From: Takakia lepidozioides
Lineage: Eukaryota > Plantae > Bryophyta
DNA length: 64,000 nt
Direction of reading: 5' to 3'
Assembly (NCBI GenBank): GCA_030704615.1
Contig: CM060734.1
Span: 46,872,001-46,936,000 of the forward strand
Shown: positions 38,601-49,599 of the stretch, piece after piece
Layout: each line of letters starts with the position of its first letter
Numbering within the stretch: the first letter of the stretch is position 1
Made by a program: the position numbers and the translations under genes
The notes under the pieces: generated by a model
Seen by the model: the letters and a program-made list of their open reading frames with translations, nothing else
Databases searched by the model: none
What the model was told of the DNA's origin: nothing

Positions 38601-39501
38601 CCTCTTGCTCTCGCACACTCCCAGTTACGAATGGTACTGGGTGATGAGAACAGCACCAATGATCCCTACATATTTTAGCTTATGTTGTTATGTAGGACTT
38701 CCTTCATTTGTATTGCCTGTGATTTGTGAATGTCTAGCTGCATGATAATTCCTTGCGCAAAGCCCATGGTATTGCAGACAGGCAATATCGGTAACAAAGG
38801 CTGTGCTGAGCACTCGTCAAACCAGCATCTTATGGCTCAGTCACATGAAGACAGCCCATTCCCAGACCTGAGCAGGGTTTAAGAGCTTCTTTGTGGGAAC
38901 TCTTGTGTGGGGAACCAGATGGTTATATTGCGGGATTACAAGTGGTATGACTTTCTGCTCAAGCTTAACAAGCTTTATAGTGGAACACACGTGTACCAAA
39001 AGAAAGTTTCTTCTGAGAGGTATTTATCTCTCTGTGCCCTACTTATCTCCCGGCCACTGATTAAGAATCCAATTTTTCAGGTTGAAGTTCGTCACTCATT
39101 CTAGCAAGAGTCTCGCAGTTTGGGGAAGAATGGATATCCCAATGTTGATTATTCCGCTTCCACATGAAATATGCAACTCTAGGCCCAATTGCATTCTTTG
39201 TGTCATTTGTTGATTTCAAGAAGTTGTCCCCCTTGAAACTATTTTTGGAAGGGGAGGAAATCATATTAAAACAAAGGAAAATTAACCTTGTGGGGGCCAT
39301 AAGGATATATGAGGATTCGTTGTCCTGAACATTCAGGCAATGTTTTTTTTGGTTTTGGACAGGGTGCGAACTGTTGAAGTGGAGGAGGCTGAGAGCCGGC
39401 CTGGAATGAGAGATGTCTATGTTCAGGCAGATGGGGAGCACTTGGGTTTCCTCAAGGCTGCTTTCTCAGTGTTACCTGGAAGGATTGACTTTCTAGTTTA
39501 G
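32669..39501 (+). CDS. LCBK2: Sphingoid long-chain base kinase 2-like (DAGK catalytic family)
   Basis: Exons: 32669-32801 (FIVNPNG), 34979-35055, 35423-35476, 35933-35992 (VGGDGTLHE), 36358-36435, 36631-36677 ([15 protein letters not shown]), 36967-37010, 37328-37415, 37656-37770, 38028-38150 ([14 protein letters not shown]), 38919-39019 and 39363-39501 (QADGEHLG...IDFLV*). Confidence 0.9.
33540..34771. mobile_element. LINE family A fragments in LCBK2 intron 1
   Basis: Plus internal piece about 33540-34110 ([22 protein letters not shown]); minus 3' copy about 34248-34692; minus 46-bp tip 34701-34746 with a 25-bp TSD. Confidence 0.9.
38400..38500 (-). mobile_element. Probable LINE apurinic-type endonuclease fragment in an LCBK2 intron
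   Basis: [30 protein letters not shown] resembles the NxNGxxLxxxxxxxxLxxxN motif of LINE endonucleases. Confidence 0.5.
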
Positions 39502-40359
39502 GATCCTTCATTTCATCAATGAGGAGTTCATCTATAAGTTTGGGCTTGTAGTTGATTCTCCAATTGAATGTTGAGATGTGGTGTGAAATGGCACCACTTT
39601 GAGTTGTCTTGTTCACAGATCCTTCTTCATGAATCTATCAGTGGGTTGCCCTCTTGATTGGATGTATTTTGTTATTCACCTTCTGGTGTCCATGTAAGGC
39701 ACGGGAAGTCTTGGTTAAGTTGCAAATACAAGAGGTATGCACTGTTGAGGTGCAGTCCAGAAAATTCTTGAAGTCAAGTAAATTTGCTACCAACCTACAG
39801 ATCAAGACTGTAATGCATCGAAGGTTGAACAAAAGCTATGGAGACCAAGGGAACATAATAACCATGTGATGAGAACGAAGCCAAGCCCACAAGACCGCCT
39901 GAAAGAACGAAGCGTGGACGGAGGCTAATAGAACTGAACTACTTACAAAACAGTTTGGATGGACGGAGGGTTGACGGAGGTGTGGAGAAGAAGCCAGAAC
40001 GTTGTTGGGCACAAGCAACGCTTGCCGTCCAAGCAATGGAGCCTCCACGAGGAAGCTTCTCCTGCTCTATTGTTGGCTCGGCATTTGGGTTTCTCTGTCA
40101 ATAGGAGCCCCTTCAACTGATCGAGGAAATTCGAGCTCTGCTATCTTCTTCTTCTTACTGTCATCGTTTCTGCTATGTGGGTGTTCTTTATGTTGTCATT
40201 ACAGATAGATAGTTTGCCGTGATGTTTATTCATTAGGTTTTCGTGTTTGCTCCCCCAATTATCTCTCTTATCTCTCTCCTGCAGTGTTTGTCTGGACGCC
40301 CACAGAGAGAGGGAGATTGATATATCACTGTAAGGGGGAGAGGCAAACAGACTGATGCA

Positions 40360-41655
40360 ATGGCTAGCGGCAGGGTTAGGTCTCTTGCAGGTTTAGGGTT
40401 TAAAGCCCGGAATGCATTGTCTGCTTACAGTGAGATACAGAATCTACCCACGCTTTCATACCAGTCTCCAACGTATCGGCGATTTCTCCACATTCAACCC
40501 CGGATCCTGTTAGGGAGGGATGTGCAAGTTTTATGCAGGGAGGAGGCGGTCTCTCCGGCAAGGTTGGGGATGATCATTGCACGTGGCTATCGGGGTGCAG
40601 GGGGGAGGGATGATCCAAGCTTCAGATATGAAATGTCCCCACCAACTAATTGGGGCATCCGAATTGTTCCCGAGAAAAGTGCATTTGTGATTGAGCGATT
40701 CGGAAAGTATTTGAAGACATTGGGATCAGGTATTCATGTTATGATTCCTCTTGTTGATCGTATTGCTTATGTGCACTCGCTGAAGGAGGAGGCCATCCCT
40801 ATTCCGAATCAGACTGCGATTACAAAGGACAATGTCAGCATCTCGATCGATGGAGTGTTGTACCTCAAGATAGTTGATCCCATTAGGGCCTCATATGGCG
40901 TGGAGAATCCAATATATGCCATCATTCAGCTTGCACAGACTACCATGCGTAGTGAGCTCGGAAAAATCACTCTCGACAAAACGTTCGAGGAGAGAGACAC
41001 ATTGAATGAGAACATTGTGAGAGCAATCAATGAAGCAGCAACAGATTGGGGCCTGCAATGCCTTCGGTACGAAATTCGGGACATATCCCCCCCTCCTGGC
41101 GTACGAGCAGCGATGGAGATGCAAGCTGAGGCTGAGCGTAGGAAGCGAGCACAAGTGCTTGAATCTGAGGGAGAAATGCAAGCTAATATCAATATTGCCG
41201 ATGGTAAGAAGAAATCGGTCATCTTGGAAGCGCGTGGAGAGGCTGAAGCAATCTTTGCACGGGCTGAAGCTACTGCTAAGGGAATAAAAGAACTTTCGGA
41301 TGCCATTCGAGCTGAGGGTGGTTCGGAGGCTGCGTCACTGCGGGTAGCAGAGCAATACCTGCAAGCCTTCAGCAAGCTTGCAAAGGAGAGTACCACCATG
41401 CTACTGCCCAGTAATGCATCTGATCCTGCAGCAATGATGGCTCAAGCTCTTTCCATCTACAAGGGCATTGTTGGTGTAGATGGCCAACGAACTCGAATGT
41501 CGCCAGACTCCATCCCTGCAAAAGCCATTAGCACTAGCCAATATACTCGGAAACCTGATCTTCCCAAGGAGAAATCGGGAAAGGATGTGATCAGAACTGC
41601 TGGAGACATTGGTAATGAGCCTATAGGTGGTTTTAGTCTTCAGACTCCCTCATAG
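40360..41655 (+). CDS. Stomatin-like protein (SPFH/band-7, mitochondrial SLP2 type), intronless CDS
   Basis: 431-aa ORF with a basic Arg/Ser-rich presequence, [12 protein letters not shown]...[25 protein letters not shown]...[13 protein letters not shown] (SPFH domain) and [10 protein letters not shown]...TMLLP (C-terminal region). Confidence 0.95.
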   Translation: MASGRVRSLAGLGFKARNALSAYSEIQNLPTLSYQSPTYRRFLHIQPRILLGRDVQVLCREEAVSPARLGMIIARGYRGAGGRDDPSFRYEMSPPTNWGIRIVPEKSAFVIERFGKYLKTLGSGIHVMIPLVDRIAYVHSLKEEAIPIPNQTAITKDNVSISIDGVLYLKIVDPIRASYGVENPIYAIIQLAQTTMRSELGKITLDKTFEERDTLNENIVRAINEAATDWGLQCLRYEIRDISPPPGVRAAMEMQAEAERRKRAQVLESEGEMQANINIADGKKKSVILEARGEAEAIFARAEATAKGIKELSDAIRAEGGSEAASLRVAEQYLQAFSKLAKESTTMLLPSNASDPAAMMAQALSIYKGIVGVDGQRTRMSPDSIPAKAISTSQYTRKPDLPKEKSGKDVIRTAGDIGNEPIGGFSLQTPS

Positions 41656-43146
41656 CACTGTGCACTCGCCCTTCTTCGCCTCACTCCAATGGCAAGGTGG
41701 ACAAGTAGGAATGAAGGTTCTCAGGGTGTTGCCAGCAACAAGAGCCCTTTTAAGGGGCGGCTGGGTTTTGAATTGCCTGAGAAGGGTGTTGCTCTCACTC
41801 ACTCTCCCTCTCTCAGGTAGCGGGTTTAATTGAACCATCAGCCACGTTCATGGTGCATTTCCTAACAGAGGGAATTTTGTGGTGGTAAGCACAGTCAGGT
41901 TTCACTATACCCGAGCATTTATCAAATTTTCAGAAGCAGATCTCCCCTGGGAATTTGCGAAAATATGGTAATTCCAGGACCAATTGTGCCCAGAGTGTCA
42001 ACGATTTGAAATAAACTTTGTCCTCTTTCAACTGTCCCCTTTCCTGCAACATAAAATCATTCTGGTTGAATCACATTGATCTGACTAATGTGCTTCAGTC
42101 AGCAGATAATCAAGCTCTGCAATTTTGAAACTATGCTCATTGTCAAACGGTAGATACAGATGTATCCACTGCTAACCCTTGAAACATCTGCAATTACCAG
42201 TATACAAGCTGCAGGGTTAAGCACATTGCTCTGGTATGAAATTATCCAATTGCATTGTTACATACTAGATTGCATCCAATTGTGAGGCATCAATTTGTCT
42301 TTTCCCAACATTTATTCTCCTTATCCCCTCCTTTCCTCGCTTTTCATGATTGGCATCATTCAGATGTGTTGTCTGTTGCTAGCTGGAGGGTTAGAGGAGC
42401 TCTTCTAGAATCAACATGATGCTTAGTAGATGATATCAATGCCAGCTAGGAATCACCGCTCAAATGTGGTAGTGATTGGAAGCTGAATCTCATCTACCCT
42501 TGTGGTTGAAATCCGTTACTGGCCCATTGGAGAATCAGTACATCATGCCCTCAGGGTACTTCATGGCCCAGCACTCCTTGGAATGATAAATGGGTGCTCC
42601 TCTTCCCCCTCACCCTCCTTTAATGTTAACTGAACTCATTCCATGTTTCAAGAAGAGGGGGTGCGATCCATGGCAATCCTTCCTGAATGCCTTCAAATAT
42701 TAGAAGTTGTCTCACAGGTATCTTCACTGTGGATTGTTTTGCAGAAAGGCTCTGCTAGTGCTGGGGTACATCTTAAATCAGGTAAGAGATGCCAATGTTT
42801 TTATTGATGTTCACCTCAGTCTTAAGTTGATATCATTATCTAGGTAATGTCCGACTTTTTAGGACTGCAAAGGTTGTCAGTGTCATTCAACAACCAGAAC
42901 ACACTGTACATCTTGTTTACATATGGGGTGCCCACAATCACACATCTCAACTCAGCTAGAGGAGTGTATGCAGTGGTGGCCCATTCACCCTGAGCTTGTC
43001 AGTTGTTGGCTAGCATCTGAGTGACCTCGTATGGAGTGGTCTTGCCCATTCACTTGATTAAACTGGTTTGACTGCTGCTTTTGGGAAGTACCTACTCACT
43101 TCATGTCCTAGCACAGGTAATTGACAGTTTCTGATCAGCTTCAGTC

Positions 43147-43385
43147 GCTGACCTGATGTTTGGCAAGACTTGCAATGCTAACCTCTTGAAAAGAAGGGCT
43201 TTCATTGCGCTGACCTGATGTTTTGGCAACCTCTTGAAAAGAAGGGCTTTCATTGCGCTGACCTGATGGTTTGGCAAGACTTGCAATGCTAACCTCTTGA
43301 AAAGAAGGGCTTTCATTGCTCTGACCTGATGTTTTGGCAAGACTTACGATGCTAACCTTTTGAAAGAAGGGCTTACATTGTGTCG
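43147..43385. repeat. Minisatellite, about 63-bp unit x4 (second unit 48 bp)
   Basis: Units of gctgacctgatg...aacctcttgaaaagaagggctttcattgc start at 43147, 43209, 43257 and 43320. Confidence 0.9.
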
Positions 43386-44117
43386 ACCAGTTAACAAACA
43401 AAGGATTTTCCTTGACTTGGTGTTATCAGTTTCTTCCAAGGGTTAAAAACCCTTGACTTAGAATCCCACCAAGAGCATATGCAGGGATTCCAAACAATGC
43501 TTGAAGGTCTACTTGTTTAGAAGGCACACCGCATGCAGTTCTTCACAACTCTCTGTTTTCTTTCACCGCCATTTTTCACTGCAGGACCAAAACATGTACT
43601 AGGCTCATTCTGCTCGCCATGGACATATCCATGGAATATTTGGAGAACCGTTTACAGGAAAGTTGTCTTAGTCTTAACAATCTTGCTTACAACCTCCGAA
43701 AAAGTGGCACAGTATGTAGTAACAATAGATCCATAACTCAACCTTGGCTCCTATATTTGACAAATACTGTAATCTGTAATCTCTCAAGGCCACAGACTTT
43801 GCAAACCTGTATCACCATGCAGCTTACAAGACAGCACTGGCTCTGTATGTGTGTTTCTGAGAACTTTCAATGGAAAAAGACGAGATGCAAGTTCTTAGCA
43901 ATAAAAAGTAGCATACTATCCAAAGATGCCACTAATACAACAGCCAGGGACAAGTGTCTTTGAAGTTCAGCTATATGTGTCTTGATGTATCTGTTCGGCT
44001 CAGCTATCATAGCCTGCTATTGCCTTTGGAAGAATTGAACAACATTCCACTCGCCTTCATTTGAGGATCCACACACGGGGTGGTTATAATCAGAGATTTC
44101 ATGAAAGAAAGCTGCAT

Positions 44118-44708
44118 TCAGCCAAAGCATTGTTCGCCAGGCACTGGACCAGGAATGAATCCGTAGTCCAAGTATTGCAAACCGAAGACAGCGAGTATGG
44201 CTAAGACAGTGAGGTAAGAAAGGCCCTCGACAGCTCCTAGTAGACCAAAAGGACCAGATGGAAGTCCCGATCCTGTTTTCACTTTGGTGTATGCTGACCA
44301 TGCAATGACCCCGAAGATAACCAGATAACTCACCCCTTCGAGAGCTCCAATTGAGCCTCCAGGTCCTGGAGGAAGGCCACAGCCTGTTGTCTTGAGAGTG
44401 TAAAGAGACCAAGCAACCACTGGAACTGAGACAAGACCTCCAGATATGGCTGCAATGCCCGCTGCTCCCACATCCTGAGTTTCTGAGTCCGATTTGGCTT
44501 GACACACCACTGTGAACGCCTTCTTTAATTGGTTTGCTTGTCTGCTGAACACGTTAAATCGCTTCTGAGGAACGGAAGAAATCCTTGAGTGACGCAGTGA
44601 GAACTGACTCACGACACCATCTGAGCAGGCCTGAGATGAATTGGTTCTTGATGAAAGAACTGGCATAGGTGTCCGTGTCGCCATTGCCAGAGCCTGCAGG
44701 TACGCCAT
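44118..44708 (-). CDS. Conserved plant plastid-type membrane protein of unknown function (At3g50685-like, from recall)
   Basis: Ser/Arg-rich transit-peptide-like N-terminus ending VVCQA, then two internal repeats of TGxGLPxGPxGxxGAxEGxSYL with hydrophobic helices; ends PGPVPGEQCFG. Confidence 0.85.
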   Translation of the reverse strand: MAYLQALAMATRTPMPVLSSRTNSSQACSDGVVSQFSLRHSRISSVPQKRFNVFSRQANQLKKAFTVVCQAKSDSETQDVGAAGIAAISGGLVSVPVVAWSLYTLKTTGCGLPPGPGGSIGALEGVSYLVIFGVIAWSAYTKVKTGSGLPSGPFGLLGAVEGLSYLTVLAILAVFGLQYLDYGFIPGPVPGEQCFG

Positions 44709-45754
44709 AGCAAGGTGGGAAAGTGGAAGCTTGAGGAACAGCTTCTCTCATCCACACATGCTTGTAACAACTCCCCTTGAAAGGTTCTGACCTGGGAACA
44801 TGTGGGAACTTTGGAAAGCAGCAGGAGTTTCCATGGTCTATGTAGAACGCTCAAACCCAGCTTCGAGAAATTATCTCCCGCTTCATCACCTACTTACTTG
44901 CTTTAACTTACTTGTTCGGCTGGACCCATCCTCGCTGCCCATCTCTTTCTCCATCAATGTATGTACGTGGTCCACGTACAGCTGATTCCTAGGCGGTGTT
45001 GTGCCTGCTGCACTCCCAATTCCTTTGACTCGTACTTACAATTCTCGGAATGGACGAACTCGTGGAGGAAAGTGGGATGCATGAAGAGAGATGATGATTT
45101 GATGACAATCTTGCTGTAATGTACCGTTGTAGAGGTGAAGTACCCCACAGTAGCTGATTTCACAACTGGGTCTTAAGGTAGCAGGCTAAAGAAAGCAGTC
45201 AGCATTGTTCATAGACTTCAGAATGTCATCGCCTCTCGTCAGGAGAAAATCGGCTGAGAAAAAATGCTAGCTTGTGCGTGCATTGTCATAGAATTCATCC
45301 GAGAGGCGAAGTGAAGTGGGTAATGAGACAATGTGGGGATGATGCCCCTTGAGACAGCGCCGTAATGCAGAACTGAACGTGTGGGAGTGCGATGATATGG
45401 GCAGGCAGAGCCTCAAGAAAGCATTCATGGCCACGTTCAAGAGTAAAGATGACTGACTCTACTGTTACGCTCCCCACTCGTCTTGATTTGCTACCAGAAA
45501 CACTTCGCTGTGACTCAAAATATGTATTACTTTTGTTCTTAAAAAGTGAACATGAAGAAAGATGACTCCATCTCCCTTTTTGATACATCTAAAGAGGCCC
45601 TTGCCACTTTAGAAGCACACTACCTAGAGTGCCCCGCACCATACTATATCTGAACAGTTAACATTCAGGAAAGTAATACACGCTGATTCCTCCGCCGGAA
45701 TATATACTAACCACCAGCATTGCCTGGGATGCACAGACAATTTCTCACTCTTTC

Positions 45755-48700
45755 TCATAAGCTCTGGACTTGACTAGTTTTCACCCCTAGAGTCCACAGC
45801 TCGAAGGAGCCTGCCACGAAGTCGTAGTAACCACCATGGAGACTGAGGGACCCTTCGGATACCTTCTCCTTCACCCATGGAAAAGTCAGTAAATTGTAGA
45901 GGGAGACGTTCACAGACTCCTGCAATCACAACAGCAAGCAAAAGAAAAAATAGTGAGACTCCAGATTTTGCCAGTTTGTTTCCTAGTGAGATCCTTGAAA
46001 CTTGCGTACTCTTCTCCCCTTTGCTCCTGTGATGTTGTGAGGTATGGCTGCAATGTTATGGAACTCATTCATAGAATGACAAAGATGATCATACACTTCT
46101 CTCTCATTAATTGTGGTTTCTGGATTTGTTCCTCTCTCATGTTTTCTTCCATTTTGTCCCATAAGCTCTACGAGCTTTCCGCGGACGTTATAAAGCACCA
46201 TTTCATTTCATTTCATTTCTCTTTATTTCTCTTATCCAGCATAAGTAATTCCGTCAGAATGAGAATGTCATGCTACACCAAACCTGGTTAGTTGTGACCT
46301 CCCCACAGCGATTTAATGAAAGAGAGCTTGCTATACAGGGAGACAAAAACAATTCTCCCGAAACACGAACAGAAAGTGACCGAACCTTCTCGCAAAACTT
46401 GCATTGGTCATCAATGTCGCCAGCACCATGCAATGCTTTCGTGCGTGCACGCGCAGCCAATCCTATTTCTAGCCAGTTGTGAATAAAGTCACTGCCACCG
46501 GCAACATAAAGAGGTAGTTGTGAGCATGTTCCAAGCAAAGTTAGCACTTCATGGAAGAGAAAGCATGGGAGAGAGGAAGAAATTGAACAAACCCAAACAA
46601 GCAGAGACAAGACCATGAAAATAGGAGAAGCTAATCAAGAGTCAATGGATCCTTACTGCCGATTGAAGTAGGCAAATGAACCAATCTCAGCACCTTTAGG
46701 CACAGAGAGCTCTATATCTACAACAGGAGCATTTGGAAAGTAGAGTCTTGCTGCACCCACCTTGCTGACATAAGATAATTGTGAAGTGACAAATTTTAAA
46801 AGTGGACTCACCTTCCCTTAACGCCACTATCCGGCTGGGAAACAAGCGCCTTGATGCCCCCACAGAGGCGATGCCCAATCACTATAATGCTCTCCACCTG
46901 GCTCAAGTGGATTCACCAAGAGACCACTCATGAGAGGATAACTGGGACCGATGTAGCCATAGTTACATGCCTATGTAGTGGTGCACTGCAAGACACGTCT
47001 GACCAGAGCCAGCAGTCAAATGAAGAGTTGCACAAGAAACAGAAATAAGACAAGCTAGTGACTGACCAACCTTGAGATGCAGAACTGCATATTCGAGTGC
47101 AGAGCTCATAGCTGGATAGCCTCCCTGCATAACAGAGAATCAGAGAAATGTAATGAAATGTTACTACATAACGTCCATGGAAAGCGCAAAGAGCTTAAAT
47201 GGGACTAGAGAAGTAAAGAAACAAGAAAGGCCCTCCACAAGCAACTATTGCTCAAGGGATTGTCTGAGAGTCAAAGCCTCATGCAGGTAAGCTGCCAAGC
47301 ATCTCTGACCCTCATAGAGAAAGGCACCAGTGCGAGATTGCGTATCACAGAATAAACAATTGAATCTCCCACGGATCTCATAGTAGAAGGACAAGAAAGA
47401 GGAAATATTCTTCACTATCGATTCCCTGTTTTGTTCCCGTTGCAGGCTGTCCCACCTGCCAGTCTCTATCCGCAGACTGGGGGATAAGAGCTGAAACATT
47501 GTCGTTTTAAACAACATAAACACAAAATTGGTGGGTGCAATGTAGCACACTTCAAAGGGTTTCAACCTGAGCTTACTCAATTTATCTTCCAGGGGAAACT
47601 GCTTCCCGCTTATCATAATGGTGCTAACCCTCACAAAACCACTCAGGAGCTTGCGTGGTAGGTTCTCGGTAGCCTTGGTTGTGGAGGGCTTCTAATTCAT
47701 TTTTGCAGATCCCATCAAACCCACTTATCATGCATAGTGGTAAGTAGACACCACACTAACCAGTTATGTGATGCTTTCAGGAGGACTGAAAGCGGCCACT
47801 CACCTTTTCCCAAGGGGGAATCATGTTGGCGACGTTGCGAACTGTGAATGCGTCTCCAGGCTCCAAGCCCAAAACGGTGGAGGGATCAACACGGGAGTCA
47901 GCGCAGGCAACCACCATGGACTGCATGCACACCGAATACACATATAAGCAGATTCCTCTGCCTTTCTATCTTTCCCCTCCTAATTTTCCTCCCCACTGAC
48001 ATCCATCGAGAGAGCATCATTCTCAGACAGCAGTACCTTTTTCTGTATTTAGAGTACGTGCAGAGTAGCAAATCCAGGCAGAAAAAGATCTAGTCCTAGC
48101 TTACTGCCACTCTTCTTGAGAACTTCAAGTAATCAATACACCAACAGACATCAAAATCCCCGCAATTTGGCACGCCAGACTACATCTGTGCCAGGTCCAA
48201 CATGATACTCACATTTGAACAAGCAGACAAAAGCAGACATTGTGTATGCTACCCCAACCTTGAAACACACACTATCGGGGAAAGGAGACTTCCAAATGTA
48301 GAGGATGAACAAGCCATACCTTCGGCCACTGGCCAGTCTTCAGTTTCTCATAGCGAGGATCCACTCTGTCAGGCAAAACATCTGGTCAATCCAACATCTC
48401 TAGTGCTAAATCATTGGTAGCTCGTATGATGGACTGTAAAACTGGAAATGCCTGAAATTGTAAGCTTGCACCTGTTTTAGTTATATGCACATGCTTATAG
48501 ATGTGATAATCACACTATTACACGGAGGATGGTGCGGCCAACAGCGGAGCCTCAGGGGGGAAAGAGAGGATAACCATAACTCTTGACCCAAGATTTTAGG
48601 CAAAGAACCCACTCAGGACTAACTTGTCAGGGGCTCATGGCTGCTTCTGGAGAAAATTGGAGAATGGGACTCTGATTATGGCATCATAGATCCTATCGGC

Positions 48701-49599
48701 CTCCATGCATTGTCAAGCATCAAGTGGTTTGTAATGTATGTCAGTCCTTAGTCTGCAATAAGACTAGTTAGTGAGTTTACACTGATCGAAGGGAAGCCGA
48801 ACGACTTTGACATGATCAGCCCCCGCCAGAAGATCTGGATTCCTAAAAAACTGCGAACATGGGGATATGTTTATCCAATGATCCTCGTACTGAATTTCAT
48901 AACAGATGTCAGCTAGCTGCACAGCTCAAGACTGTACATTGGGTGAGTAACATGTAGATCTAAATTGGATGCTTTCACAGCTCTTCAGTTGACAGTAGTC
49001 AGAAGTGTTAGGCCACTGCCTGTTGAATCCAAGAGCAGAGACCCGGTTCGATACCCCTTCAAATGACTAAGTGCAATCTAGATCTCCATGGGAAAAATTT
49101 CCCGACTGTACAAGTTTTGGGTCACAGTCAAAAATCTTACGAGTACTTATTGGTCTTGAACTCCTGAAACCCTTTCGAAAGCTTCTCGTACAGGGACACG
49201 TCTGTGGGTCCATCGAGGGTGCTTGATGGAGACTTGGGTGCAGCAGACATGGCGACCTCCTTCTCCAATCCATTGACAAGCTCTTCAAGCTTTTTGACCA
49301 CCAATGGTTCCAATCTCGGAGATTTCCTGTAGGAGTATCCACCATAAAAAATAGGTCCCCGGGCTAGATTGTCATGTATATCATCCTATAGTCAATTGTA
49401 ACTTTGGCTATATTCAACGTGAAAGGAACAGCTTGGTGGATCTAATGGAGTACTCCAAAAGGCATATTTTGCAGAAAGGAAGTTCTAGAACTGCCAGTCC
49501 CGACAAAACGGGATGATGCAGCCACAAAGGGGGGATTAAGCACGAGACGTACTTCAACAGAGTAGCGATTCGAGCTTGGAGTTCATCTAGTGTAGCCAT
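45755..49599 (-). CDS. Beta-carbonic anhydrase
   Basis: Exons: 49599-49553, 49326-49141, 48365-48320, 47920-47804 ([11 protein letters not shown]...[10 protein letters not shown]), 47124-47071 ([10 protein letters not shown]), 46897-46812 ([12 protein letters not shown]), 46491-46386 and 45919-45755 ([16 protein letters not shown]...QSL*). The Zn ligands CxDxR and HxxC are intact. Confidence 0.95.
46105..46220 (+). mobile_element. LINE family B 3' UTR-only copy in a beta-CA intron
   Basis: Near-identical to 30334-30447; ends in (CATTT)n. Confidence 0.9.
47145..47480 (-). mobile_element. Diverged LINE family B relative, 3' end
   Basis: [14 protein letters not shown]...[16 protein letters not shown], followed by a related UTR and a catttcattacattt tail. 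Confidence 0.85.

Noticed and set aside
40891-41399. Minus-strand ORFs over the stomatin gene
   Set aside because: Antisense shadows of the coding strand.
43147-43385. CRISPR-like array
   Set aside because: Contiguous tandem units without unique spacers, in a eukaryotic context with no cas genes.
44118-49599. Functional carbon-concentrating cluster (beta-CA plus plastid membrane protein)
   Set aside because: Adjacency alone is not evidence, and the CA appears to lack a transit peptide.
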